This document shows, piece after piece, positions 10,484-23,198 of a DNA stretch of 64,000 nt. Within the stretch, counting starts at the first letter, position 1. Each line of letters starts with the position of its first letter. Where the stretch lies: the NCBI GenBank assembly GCA_004431415.1, contig QPMI01000502.1, positions 62,001 through 126,000 of the forward strand, written 5' to 3'. Made by a program: the position numbers and the translations under genes. The notes under the pieces were generated by a model. The model had not been told where the DNA came from. It made no database searches and saw only the letters and a list, made by a program, of their open reading frames with translations. The stretch is from Cyanophora paradoxa CCMP329. Taxonomy: Eukaryota; Plantae; Glaucophyta.

Positions 10484-12595
10484 ATGGTGCTCCTCAAGAC
10501 CGTCGGGCTCGCCCCGGCGACGCTCGAGGCGCTCACGCGCCACCGCATCACGACTGGTGCGCCGCTCGTTTCCGCCCGCAGCGCTCGGCTCACACGCGCG
10601 CCGCAGTGGAGCAACTCCTCACGAACGACCCCGACAAGCTCGCGTCGCGCGCGCAGCTGAGCAAGGCGGTAGGCCCGGCCGCGGCCCGGCGGCCGCGGGG
10701 GCTCGGCGCTTCGCGCTCTCAAGCGCACGCGCGCAGGCGATAGCGGATGCCATCGACGCGGCGTGCAGCGCCGTCGCGCCGCTGCCGCAGAACGGGCTCG
10801 ACGTGTACCGCGAGATGCTCGAGCGCGCCGCCATCTTCTCCACAGGCTGCAAAACGTGAGCTCGCCTGTCCACCGTTCCGTCGCCCTCGTCTGAACTGCG
10901 GCGGTCACAGGCTGGACGAGCTCTTGAACGGCGGCCTCTGCACGGGGGAGCTGCTGGAGATCGCCGGGCAGCAGGCGACCGGGAAGACGCAGGCGCGTTC
11001 GCCCCGTGCCTCGCGCTGGCGGCGGCGCCGGGCCCGTGCTCTCTGACCGATGCCGCGGGCCGCGCAGTTCTGCCTGCAGTGCGCGGTGCAGGTGGCGGGG
11101 ACGGGCCCCTCGGCGACGGTCCTGTACCTCGACAGCGTGCACGGCTTCAGCGCGCGGCGGGTGCGCGAGCTCGCCAAGCACATCCTCCCCAAGGGCGGCG
11201 CGGACGGCGCCGGGCTCGAGGTGCGCATGCGCCTGCGGCCCCGCGAGGCCGGCGAGGCCCGCCGGGCCGAGCCGGCGCGCCGCAGGCGAAGGTCGTGGAC
11301 GTGCTGGCCCGCATCCGGTGCGCCGGCCTCCCCGACTTGACTTCGCCAGCGAGGTTCCGGGGGTCCGAAGTCGACCCCGGGCCGCGGGCCGCGGGGCGGG
11401 CGGCAGGGTGGTGCCCGTCCACGACGTCTACTCCTTCCTCTCCGCTTTGGACGCCGCCGCCAAAGCCTGCGAGGACGACGTGCGCCCACCTCTCCTCCCC
11501 TCCCCCTCCCCTACGGGTCCCGACGCTGTGCCCCCCAGGAGGAGGCGGGGCACGCGTTCTTCTCGGGGCTGCGGCTGGTGGTGGTAGACATGCTCTCCAC
11601 GCTCCTCTCCCCCAACCTCGGCGGCCAGCAGTTCCAGGGCCCGTCATCCCCCTACCCGGGCCCCCGGCCGCGTACCCCCTGCCCGCCCGCCCGCTCTGAC
11701 CGCCGCGCGCGCAGGGCACGCGCTGATGGCGCACGCGGGGGCCCTCATGAAGCGCCTCGCGCTGCAGGTCCGGGGGTTATTCTGTTCGCTGACACTGTCA
11801 AGCATGAAGCGCGGGGCAGCACCACGTGGCGTTCGTGCTGACGAACCACATGGTGGGCGGGGGCGGCGGCGGCTCCGTCCTCAAGCCGGCCCTCGGCGAC
11901 TCCTGGGGCCACGTCCCCTCCACCCGCCTCGAGTTCTCCACCGACGCGCGCCCCGTACCCCGTCTCTCATGTCCAAGTACCCCCTGACTGCTCCCCTCCC
12001 TCCCCCGCTCCGCAGTCGGTCTTCGGGTTCGCGAGCAACGTCCGATGCGCGACGGCGCGCAAGTCCCTCTGGGCGGCGCGCCCTCCCGCCCCCTCCCTCC
12101 TACCCCGCCTCAGACCTCGGCCGGCTGACGCGTCGCCGGGCAGCCGGCCGGCTCGTTCACGTACTTCGCGATCACGGAGCGCGGCCTCTGCGCGCACGCG
12201 CCGCCGCCGTCGGCCGTGCAGGGCCTGGCGGACCCCGAGCGCGAGGCGGCCGAGGCGGCGGCGCGGGAGGCGGTGGAGGCGGAGGAGGCGGGGCGGCGGG
12301 AGCGGGAGGAGCGCTCGGGCTGGATCGCGGCCCTCTCGCAGTGGACGCAGAGCACGCAGCGGGAGGAGCGGGCCCTCCTCCCCTCCTCCGCCTTCCGCCC
12401 CTCGCAGGCGGGGCCCTCGCAGGGCGGCTCCCTCCTCCCGCCCTCGGCCTTGGCCTCGCCGGCCTCGGCGCCGCGCCAGATCCTCCCCAGCGACATGGTC
12501 AACCCCTTCGACTTCGCCGCGCCCCCGCCCCGGCCCCCGCCCCCCAGCCCCAGCAGCAGCAGCAGACGCGGCGGCAGCAGACGCGGCCGCCATGA
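10484..12595 (+). CDS. RAD51D: DNA repair protein RAD51 paralog D with C-terminal extension
   Basis: N-terminal RHRITTVEQLL...PQNGLDVYREM; FSTGCKTLDELLNGGLCTGELLEIAGQQATGKTQ (Walker A); VLYLDS; LVVVD (Walker B); VLTNH; KPALGDSWGHVPSTRL. Confidence 0.85.
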
Positions 12596-12747
12596 GCGAT
12601 CGCTCTCCTTCATATGTACACCGCACGCATCTAGATCTACACGCTGTACAGGAGTATACAGAGGCTGTTGTACAAGAGAGAAAGTTGCCGAGTCGGAAAA
12701 CTGCGGGGTCCGATCGCGATGATTCAGATCTGGGGAGAGGGCCGGGC

Positions 12748-13710
12748 TCAGGCCCTAGAGGGCAAGGAGGGCCAGAATGGCGATCGAGCCGAGCACGATC
12801 CAGCCCGCCGTCGCAGTGCCCCCGGAGATCCGAACCCGCCTGCGGGATGGCAGCGTGAGAGCTGGAGGGCGTTGTGGAGAAACGACAGAGTTTTCGAAGA
12901 GCTCGCGCACATGTCACGGGCGATGCGGGCGCGCTCCTCCGGCGTCAGGGGCCGCGGCACCAGCAGGTGCGCACCGCAGCGGCACGTCGCCGTCACCGCC
13001 CCGTCTGCGCCCGCCAGCTTAGTTCGAAGATCAATTTGATCCCGAAGCCAGAGACGCACTGGGACGGCGAGGGTGCGGTAGCACACGGGGCAGCAGCAGG
13101 GCGACGCCGTCTCGGTGCCGAAGAGCGGCATCACCGGCTGCTTCTCAGTCGCCGTGTAGTGCTGGTGAGCCCCCGAGAGAAGGATCCGTAGCGCCGCGTC
13201 CCGCTTCGCCTGCTCCCGCGCTGTCCTCGGCTCGTCCGCGGCTGTTCAAGCGTTCAAATGCGCTTTTTGAGAGGGCGCGGATGCGCCTCCGGCTCACGGG
13301 AGCCCCATGGAGTTCCGTACATCAGCGGCGCCACGCGGTCGCCGGTCGAGATGCCCAGGTCCTCGCGGATGTGGGCCGAGACTTTCGCGTGCTCCTGCGA
13401 GGTCGCATGAGCGCGCGTGCGCTGCTGCGGCGCGTGCACGTTGCGCACGGAGGGGTCGGAGGGATCGAAGAACTCAGGAGTGATGCGCTCGCCGCGCTCG
13501 AGGAGAATGCCCTTGCGCACGTAGCGGCCGGCTGCACGCAAGCGCGCAGCGATCGCGGCGCCGGCGAGGTCAGTCGCGGGCGCCCTCAGCACGCGGTGGC
13601 GCTCCAGCGCAAGCACACGCGGGCGCTCCGACTCGCGGCGCACCGAGACATCGATCGACTTTTCTTGTCACGACGCGCCTGAAGCGCGCGACACCGTCGT
13701 CGCGGCCCAT
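12748..13710 (-). CDS. Hypothetical protein with Cys clusters (CCCPVC, CRCGAH), copy A
   Basis: ATG 13710 MGRDDGVARFRRVVTRKVDRCL; phase-1 GT-AG intron joins to AGRYVRKGILLERGERITPEFFDP; later exon structure and 3' end uncertain. Confidence 0.4.
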
Positions 13711-13925
13711 GCCAAAATGTGCTCCGGGTTGCTGGGGGGAGGTGCCGGGGCGTGCGCGCTCGACCGAGAGGGCAGAAAGTAGCTGCGAATTTGCGGAAAA
13801 CGCTGGGGCGAGAGGCGAGATGGCGGTGTCGGCGAGTGCCGCGAAACTTGCGAATGGGGGTACGGCCTCACGACCGAGCTCGAGTCTGCTGCGACCCTGA
13901 GCAGCCGAAGAAGGACGCCGGCGCG

Positions 13926-16900
13926 ATGACGATCTCCCTGACCCCGCTTGGTGCGTCGCGCGCGGCCTCGTACGCGCCGGGCCAACTGGGGCGAGCGCTG
14001 CCGCAGGGGCGGGGCAAGACGTTGGCCGGAGCTGCATCCTGCTCGAGATCGGCGGGAAGCGCATCATGCTGGACTGCGGGATGCACCCCGGCTTCGAGGA
14101 CGAGCGGCGCTTCCCGGACTTCAAGCACATCGCACCCGACGGAAACTACAACGCAAACCTCGACTGCATCATCCTCTCTCACTTGTGCGCGCGGCTGCCC
14201 GCCGCGCACGCGCCGCCTCACGCCGCGCAGCCACCTGGACCACTGCGGCGCGCTCCCCTACTTCACCGAAGTCTGCGGGTGCGCTGCTGCCCTTCGCTTC
14301 GCGCGAGTTCGCGCGCGCTCTGTGCACCGACGCCACTGCTGCCCTCCCGCAGCTTCGACGGGCCCGTCTACATGACCGTGAGCCAGCCGCGGCGCCCCAC
14401 CCGGCCCGCCGAGCGCCCGGGCTCGCCGTGCCGACGCCGCCGCAGCACCCGACGAAGGCGGTGATACCGATCCTGCTGGAGGACTACAGGAAGATCACGG
14501 TGGACCGCCGTGGCGAGAAGGTGGAGAACTTCTTCACAAGCCAGCACATCAAGGACCTCATGCGCAAGAGTCCGGCCCCGCCGCACCCCTCCGCCACCGC
14601 GCTCGCCGCCTCCCCCTGACTCCGGTGCGGCAGTCGTGACGGTGAACCTGCACCAGACGGTCAAGGTCGACGACAAGCTCGAGATCCGCGCCTACTACGC
14701 CGGCCACGCGCGCCCCGGCTCGGCCCGCGCCGCGCGCCACGTCCTAACGCGCCGGCAGGTGCTGGGCGCGGCGATGTTCTACGTGCGCGTCGGCGAGGAG
14801 TCGATCCTCTACACGGGGGACTACAACATGACACCGGACCGCCACCTCGGCGCCGCATCCTGCGAGAACGTGCGCTGTACCCCTGCCCAACGCTGCCCCC
14901 TTTGCCCTGATGTCGACCTCTCCCTAGCTGCGTCCCGACATCCTCATCACCGAGAGCACGTGCGCCGCCCGCGCCACGTACCCCCGAGAGCTCCCACCCC
15001 CCCTTTCTGAGCGCCGTACCCCCAGCTACGCGACGACGATCCGCGACTCGAAGCGCGTCCGCGAGCGCGACTTCCTGCGGCAGGCGCGCCGCCGCCTCCC
15101 CCGCGCCCCTCCCCGTACCCCCCCGCCCGCCCCGAGCCGGCGCGGCCGCCCAGGTGCACGATGCCGTGGAGCGCGGCGGCAAGGTCCTCATCCCCGTCTT
15201 TGCCCTCGGCAGGGCCCAGGTCCGCTCGCGCCGCCCCGCAGCCTGCTCGGCCCGACCGGCCGCGGGCGGCGCAGGAGCTGTGCATCCTGCTGGACACGTA
15301 CTGGGAGCGCGTCGGCCTCACCGTCCCCATTTACTTCTCCGCCGGCCTCACCGAGAAGGTCCGGGGGGCGGGGGGCGCTGCTGCGGCGGCGGCGCGCCGC
15401 TCTGACGCCGCGCGCCGTCGCCGGGGCCGGGCAGGCGAACTACTACTACAAGCTCTTCATCAACTGGACGAACCAGAAGATCAAGCGAACGTTCGCGAAG
15501 GTACCGAGGGCGGAGGGCGGGGCAAGGGCGGGGACAGGGCCCCCTGACGCGTCTTCGGGGCGCAGCGGAACATGTTCGAGTTCACGCACATCCGGGCGGC
15601 GGACCGGGAGACGGTGAACCTGGAGCAGCCGGGGCCCTGCGTCCTCTTCGCCACCCCGGGCATGCTCCACGCCGGCCAGTCCCTCGAGGTGCCCCCGCCC
15701 CGCCCCGCCCCGCCCCGCCCCGACCGCCCCGCCCTCGCCCTCTGCCGCCCGACCGCCCCGCCCCCGGCGCCGGCGGCAGATGTTCAAGCGGTGGGCCCCG
15801 ACGAGCGCAACCTCGTCATCATCCCGGGGTGCCCGCGCGCCCTCCATGGCCGGCCCCTCGCCTCGCCTCGGCCCCCCGCTGAGCTGGGGCAGGTACTGCG
15901 TGGTGGGGACGGTGGGGAACAAGGTGACGTCGGGAATGAAGGGCCCCGTGGAGATCGACCGGCGCACCACGGTCGACGTCCGCTGCACCGTCAAGCACCT
16001 CTCCTTCAGGTGCCCCGTCCCCTCGAGAGCGCCCCTCCGCCCCCCGCCGACGCCGCGCCGGCAGCGCGCACGCCGACGCGAAGGGGATCATGCAGCTCAT
16101 CAAGCAGGCCCGCCCCGCCCCGCCCGCCCCGTCCGGCTCAAGGGCGCTGGGGCAGGTGGACCCCGCGCACGTCTGCCTCGTCCACGGCGAGAAGGGCAAG
16201 ATGTGCGGCCCCCGCCCCCCGCCCCGCCCCTCGGGCCGCCCCCCGAGGCCCCCCGCAGGCAGTTCCTGAAGCACCGCATCGTGCGCGAGTTCGGCGTCCC
16301 CTGCTTCGACCCCGCCAACCTCGCCACCGTGCCCCCCGCCCCGCCTCCGGCTCGCGCCGGCGCCGGGGCCCAGCGGGGCGGCAGGTGACGATCGAGGGTC
16401 GGGGCGGACGCCCGTGCTGCTCTCGCGGGCCTCCTCAAGCGGCCGGCCCCGCGGGGCCCGCCCCGGCGACTCCGACCAGGAAGACGACCCCGAGCCCGAG
16501 GCAGCGGCTGGGCGGCGGTCGTGGCGGACGGCCCGGTGGCGGTGAAGCGCGAGGGGGACGGGGAGGAGGCGGAGGAGGCGGAGGCGCGGCGCAAGCGGCG
16601 GGAGGCGGCGCGGGCCGCCGCGCTGCGGCCGCCGCGCCCCTCGAGCGCATCGAGGTGCAGGGCATCGTCGTCCGGCGCCCCGGCCAGGCGAGCCGCGCCG
16701 CGCCCCCTCCGCCTGCGTACCCCGACGCAGCGCGCAGGAGCGGCCGCTCCTGCTCACCGAGGAGGAGGCGCTGGCGGAGCTCCGGCTACCCCCCACGCCC
16801 TCCGCCTCTCGGCGCGCGTACCCTGCCCTTCCGGACGGGGGCGAGGACCCCGACGACGGCGTCCTCGTACCCTCCCCGAGGAGACCCTCGACGTCCTCGC

Positions 16901-17343
16901 GGGCCACCTCGCCGAGTACCCCCCTTCCTTCTTCCCCTTCCCGTTTCCACCCCTTGTCTAAAGCCCCGCAGGTCCGCCGAGGGCAAGGGTGCGATGCGGT
17001 ACGAGCGGACGCGGCGGGCATCGCGGCGCGGGAGGAGAGGTCGGGGCGGGCCCCCCGCGGTGCTTCTTACGATGGCGGGGCCGCTGGAGGCAGGCGGGCG
17101 GCGGCGGTGCTTGCCTCGTGGGGCCCGGAGGCGGAGGGGTGGCGGAGGGCGTGCTGGCGGCCGTGCGGGCGGCGCTCGCTGCGATGCACGCCTCCTCACC
17201 CACGCCCACCACGACGTGCGCCCCGCCCCCTCGCACAGCGGTACCCCGGTCGGAAGGCTGACGGCGGGCAGGCGCACGGCGGGGACGGGGCCGCCGGCCC
17301 GGGCGACGGCTGCCACGGCGGCGCCTGCGACTTCGAGATGTAG
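13926..17343 (+). CDS. INTS11: Integrator complex subunit 11 / CPSF73-II, MBL-beta-CASP nuclease, copy A (frameshifted after ~15790)
   Basis: [58 protein letters not shown] and [16 protein letters not shown] (INTS11 rather than CPSF73 pattern), FSAHAD, VHGE. Confidence 0.92.
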
Positions 17344-17484
17344 CGCGGATCGGATCCGGAGGCCTGGGCTCAGGCCGGGTGCGAGGACAGCAGCAGGCTT
17401 AGGAGTAGGGTAGCGAAGGGTTTTCAGGCGCAGGCAGATCTAGTTTAATAACAATACACGGTACGTCTAGCTGGCGAGCGTGGT

Positions 17485-20415
17485 TCAGTGCATGCCGGGC
17501 GGGGCGGGCCGTACATTGAGTGCGGCGCGGAGGAGTGGAGGGGCCGGGGCGGCGCCCGGGCGGAGGGACGGGGCCGGAGGCGGCCATAGCGGGGTACGGC
17601 CCCGCGGCGGGGGCCGGCCGGAGGCGCGGGCCCGGAGGCGGCCATCTGGGGTACAGGGGCTGGGAGGTGGCGCTTGGCGGGGAGGGCTGCGGGCGGCGTC
17701 AGAGCGGGCGCAAGTGGACGTACGGCGAGGGCGGACGGTGCGGCGGGCGTGCTTCATGTAGTCGACGAGCTGGCGCGGGATCTCGGCGAGGACGGCCCGC
17801 GTCAGGTCCGCCGGGTGCCGCCCCGGAACTGCGAGAACGGCACGAACTGCGGGAAAGGCCGGCCCGAATCAGATTCAGAAAATAAAAAATTTCGGATTCG
17901 GCTTGAAGGGCGCGCCTGGACGATGTCGCGGGCGGCCACGGCGTTGCCGGACCGGAGCAGCTTGTCGTCCGAGTCCAGCGCGTCCTGCCCCGGTTCGAAT
18001 TAGATCCGATGATCGGACCGAAGCGCGGGGAAGGGCCGGGGTGGGTACATGGAGGAGAAGTCGCGGAGCCGACGCCGACGATGACGACGGAGAGGGCAGG
18101 GCGGAGGCGGCGACGAGCTCGTCCTTGGTGCGCTCCAGGTCGTTGATCTGGCCGTCCGTCAGGATCAGCAGGATGCTGTACTTCTGCGCCTGCGCCCCCG
18201 CGTCAGCTTCCCGCTGCGCGCCCCGCGTCAGCTTCGCGGACCGCCTGGCTGGCGCCCTGGGCGGCGATGGCGGCGCGGCCTGATGGTCGGCGCGAAGTAC
18301 GTCGGGCCCGAGAGCGCCACCGACCGCAGCGCCTGCCCGCCCCGCCCCGCCGCCGCGTCAGAGGGCGCGCGTGGCGGGCCGGGGGTCGAGGCCTCGCCTG
18401 GTGTAGGCGTCGAGGATGCCCTGGATGCCCTGCACCTCCGCCGCCGCCGGTTCCCGTTCAGCGCGAAGCAGTGCGACGTCTGCCCTGCGCGCCGGCGCCC
18501 CGCGGGCGGGTTCGGGCGCGGCGGGCCGACGGCGCCCGTCGCGCGGCTGCGGACCCGAGGGAGCTGCCGCCGAAGCCGTAGGCGGGTACTGGTGGTCGCT
18601 GTCGTAGAAGTCTGCGCGCGCGGGCCCTCAGCGGGGCCGGGAAAGGAGGCTGATGTGCGCCGCCGCCCACCCAGGATGCTGCCGACGGCTGCGAGGAAAA
18701 GGACGGCTCAGGCGCGCCTCCGCGAAAAGAGAAGGAGGGAAGGGAGGCGGGGGTACCGTGATGGCCTGCTCGTACTCGTTCGGCACCGCCGGCTGGCCCC
18801 GCCCCCTCAGGCCGGGCGGGACAGAGCAGGGGCCGCCGGCCGGGTGGGCGGGGCGGGAGAGGGGAAGGGGGCGGGGCGCGCGCACTTGCCGCAGAAGTGG
18901 AGGGAGTCCGGGCTCCGCGGTCCCCGTTGCTCCCCGTGAAGTCTGCGCCCGTGAGATCGGCGGGCGGCGCGAGAGAGGGGAGGAGAGGGGGCGGGCCGAT
19001 GGCGACGAGGAGGAGATCTCGCAGCCGCCCGCCACGAAGTCCAGGAATGTGAAGCTCCGCTCCACCGACACCGAGTTCACGTGCACCCGCCCGCTCTCCC
19101 TGGCCCGCCCCGTCAGCGGAATGGGCCCGAGCGGCGCGGGGCGCGCGGGGCACCGGTAGTCGGCTTCTTGGCGCCTTCTTGGGTCGACGAGGGGCAGGCC
19201 CTCCCGCGGGAACTCCAGCAGCTGCCGCGCCGTCGTCTGCCGCGGAGCGCGAGTCAGCAGGTGGGCGATGCGGAGGGGGAAGGGGCGGCGCGCCGTGCAG
19301 GCGCCGATGAAGTCGTGGGCGCCGACCGAGTCGTAGTCGAAGACCTCGATCTTGAGCGGGCGGTCGAGCTCCCGTTGCACAGCTTCCCCATCCTGCCCGC
19401 CCGCTTGGGGCGCGGGAGAGGGAGGGAGGGCGGGGCGGACGTGAGGGTCTGGGGGCCCAGACGAGGTCGGTCTTGCTGGAGACCCACTCGGACTTGAGGA
19501 CGGGCACGAAGCCGCCCCCGCCCTCCCGCGAGAGCACGTAGTACGGTCCGACTTCCCCAGCCCGAAGAAGTCCTGCGGCGGGGGCGGGGTCGGCCGGGTA
19601 CGGGGCTGCGGGGAGGGGGGCCGGCGGACCTTCTTGGCGAGGTGGCGGCCCTCGAGGACGAGCCGCATGATGTCGTTCGCGGTACCCCCTCCTTGATCTG
19701 CCGGGGGGGGGGGGGAGATGGTCAGCGGGGCACGCGGGGGCCGAGCGCCGCGCCGCGCGCCTCCTCCGCGGTGACTGTGATCAATCCGAGTTCGTGTTGG
19801 TCTCGAAGGATTCCTGCCGGAAGGGGGTACGTGAGCTGGGGTGGCCCTGGCGCGGGGTACGCGGGGGCGCGCTTGAGGGGCCGGGAGATGGTGTTGCCGC
19901 GGGCGCCGACGATCTCGCCGAGGCAGGTCTCGAGCTGGCCCTGGAAGTCCTGCGAGTCGAGGCTGGCCGACTTCGAGTCCACGTCGTAGACCGCGAAGCG
20001 CAGGTCCTGCTTGACCTCGAAGAGGAAGTCCATCTCCACGCTCTTCACGAACTTCGGGTTCTGGTTGTCCCAGATCGTCTCCGTCCGCCCCACCTCGAAC
20101 CAGCGCGCGTCCCCGGCAGCTTGGAGAAGACGACGCACATCGGCTGCCGCGGCGTCAGGCCCAGAGACGGCACGAACACGCTAGCTAGCTTAGAGCGCCT
20201 ATAGCTGGAATGTGCTCACGTCCGACTTGGAAGTGAGGTCCATCCGCTTCAGTTGGCTGCAAGAGATGCGGAGCTCGACCCGCGAACTGAGCCGAAGCGT
20301 CAGAGGGACCGATTCAGTTGCTCTTTCTTGAGCGCTGCAAGAGTATTTCTCGGCCTCGCTCGGACGGCGCACCGCAGGGGTCCTTAATGCCAGGGTGGCC
20401 CGGAGGGTGCGCCAT
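17485..20415 (-). CDS. Copine (two C2 domains + vWA) with Pro-rich tail, copy A
   Basis: VELRISCSQLKRMDLTSKSD, EVGRTETIWDNQNPKF, DFFGLGKSDPY, DFTGSNG, NEYEQAI, LSGPTYFAP, LLILTDGQIND, VLAEIPRQLVDYM. Confidence 0.9.
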
Positions 20416-20753
20416 TCCGCGACGTTCGACGCCTCGTGCGCTAGTGCTGGTGCGCGGCGCCTAGAGAACTGGCAGCCGCTCGAACGCTGTGCCAGATGTC
20501 GTTGGTCGTGTCTGAAATGCACGTACCGCTGGGGGGCCGGCTCTGCGTGCGCCGTGTCGATGTTGTCACGCCCGGAGCTCCGACACGATGTTGTCGAGCC
20601 CGGCGCTCCGGCACAGATCTAGAGGACCCTCGCCGACACGGTCCCTGTACCCCTGAGAAGCGATTGGCGCTCGCCATACGGGTCGATGCGGAGTGCATGG
20701 TAGCTAGGGAGCGCTGTAGCTAACGAATACAAGCGATAGAGAAGCTTTCAGCG

Positions 20754-23038
20754 ATGCGCGCGGCAGTCACAACGTCGCCGTGCCGGTCTCTCGCGCTCGT
20801 TCGCTGGCGCCACGATGGCGCGCAAGGATTCTTGAGAGACAGCCGGAGCGACCGCAGCGGCTGGAGGAAGCGCGGTGGGCTCGAGACCCGATCGGCGGGG
20901 AGCGGGGCGGCGCGAGCGAGACGCGCCGTTCGCGGACCGCTCGAAGTTCGTCTCCGAGCTCGCGCGCAAGAGCGCGCTCTTCGTGCCGTGCCCGCCGGGG
21001 CTCGAGGCCGTCCTCGAGCGCGAGATACGCGAGATCGGCGTCGACTATGAGTTGAAGCCGGCGGCGTACCGGCGAGGTGTGTACGTGCAGGTCCCGGGTG
21101 CCGTCCCGGGGACCTCGTGCGATCGGAGGCCACGCGGGAGGGCCAGGAGTCCCTGCGCCGCGCCATCGTCGACCTCAACGTGCGCCGAGGGTCCCGCGCT
21201 GCGCCCGCGCGCGAGCTGCGCTAACGCTGCTCGCGCAGCTGCGGCTGAGGGTGGCGACGCGGGTCCTCGTTCCGCTGCGGAAGCCCTTTCCCATCACGGA
21301 CGTGCGATCCCTCTACGCACAGGTGCGCAGGCGCCCGCCGCGGGCGCGGCCTGCAGCGTTGCGGTCCTTGGCGCCGGCGGCGATTCGATCGTGCGGTTCA
21401 GGTGCAGAGGATCGACTGGTGGCCGCTCTTCGACCGGGTGCGAGCGACGGGCCGTCCCGCGGCGGGGGCCGCCTCCGCACCCTCGCCGTCCGCGCGGCGG
21501 TTTACAACAACGACGCGTTCATCAACGACATGGTACCCCGCACGCCGCGCCCTCTGCTTCGTTCCCTCCTCCTCACCCCGCCCGCAGTACGCCGCTCAGG
21601 TCTGCAAGGACGCCATCGTTGACCAGGCGCGCAGGCTAGGGCTACCCGCTTTCGTGCACCCCGACCCACCCATTTCTTCCCGCTAAGGAGCCGGCAGCTG
21701 CGGAGCCACGCGGGGAGAGGCCGGACGTGGACAAGGAGGACCCTGAGGTGCCGTGTACCCCCTCCCCCGCGCGGATTGGGCCGACATCTCTGCCGGTACC
21801 CGCAGGTGTCGGTGGATCTCTTCGTGGACGGGCGCACGGCCGTCCTGAGCCTCGACACGTCGGGGAGCCCCTGTTCAAGCGGGGTACAGGTGAGGCCCCG
21901 GTCGCCCGCCCGCGCCGGCGGCGGGCGCGTGATCTGTGGGGGCGGGGCAGGGTGCAGCGGGGGAGGCGCCCTGCAGGAGTCGCTGGCGGCGGGCCTGCTG
22001 ATGCTGGCGCGCTACGCCGGGCCGGCGAGCTCCTCTGCGACCCCATGTGCGGGTGCGCGCCACGGGCTGGGCCGGGCGGGGCCGGGCGGGCGGGGCGGGC
22101 GGACGCCGACCGCCACGTGGACGCTCAGGTCGGGGACGATCCTGGTGGAGGCGGCGATGATGGCGACGCGCACGCCCCCAGCGCCCTCCGCTCCCGTTGG
22201 GCCTTCGAGTGCGCCCCGCGCGCCCCGGACTCACAGGCGGCCGGCTGACCTCTGCGCCGGCCAGGGCCATCCCGGGTACACGCCGGGCCTTCTGGAGCGG
22301 GCGCGCGCCGAGGCGGGGCGAAGAGGACCCGGGGCGCTGGGGCGGGCCGAGGCGCGGATCATGGGCGCGGACGCCTCGAAGGAGATGGTGGAGGCGGCGC
22401 GCGCCAACCTGCGCGCCGCCGGCTTCGGTCCCCAGCTCGACTCCGGCGGTTCGTGCCGCAGCGTCCCGCGTTTGCCCGTGCTGATGGCCGGGGCGCATGC
22501 GCAGCGGTGCGGGTGGAGCGGGCGAAGCTGGAGGAATACCAGCCGCGGCCGCCGCCCGACCTGGTGCTGACGAACCCGCCGTACGGGCTGCGCATGGGGC
22601 CCGCGAGGCGGCGGCGGCGGGGCGGCGCTTCGGCGGGGCCTGGAGACGCGGCGCGGGCCGGGCGGAGGAGGACCTCCCCGCCCTCTACAAGCAGCTCGGC
22701 GACTTCCTCAAGCAACGCACCGCCAAGCGTCCGCCCGCCCCGGCCCCGGCCCCGGGCGCCCCGCCGGCGCCCTGGTCCGACCTTCTCGGCAGGGAGGGTT
22801 GGAGACGCGGGGTGCGTCTTCGTGGGGAGCTTGTGGCCGCGAAGTGGGTGGGCCTGCGCTCGAGCCGCCGCCACGAGCTGATCCAGGGCGGCCTCGAGGC
22901 GCGCCTCCTCGAGTTCCCCCTCTACGAGGCAGCCGCAAGCCCTGGCGCGCGGGCGCGGCCCCCCGCACCCGAGGCCCCTGCAGGCAGCGCGGCGGCGCCG
23001 GAGGAGGCCGGGCAAGAGGGCGGCGAGCAGGGAGATGA
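20754..23038 (+). CDS. THUMP-domain rRNA m2G methyltransferase, RlmL-like, copy A
   Basis: CPPGLEAVLEREI, LRVATRVL, VCKDAIVDQ|LRSHAGERPDVD, LSLDTSGEPLFKRGYR, APLQESLAAGLL, DPMCGSGTILVEAA, TNPPYGLRM; Arg/Ser-rich N-terminal extension. Confidence 0.88.
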
Positions 23039-23198
23039 AAACGCTCCTGAATTCCGCAATGGACACCCACTATTCTGCAAGCTGCTGCGAATGCATGCAC
23101 AAACAAAAAGGAATGAAAAGGGCTCTGCGCGCGTTGAAAGGAAACAAAAGGGGGCGGGCCCGGGCCGGGGCGGAAAAGAACCCCAAGAAGGGCGGGGC

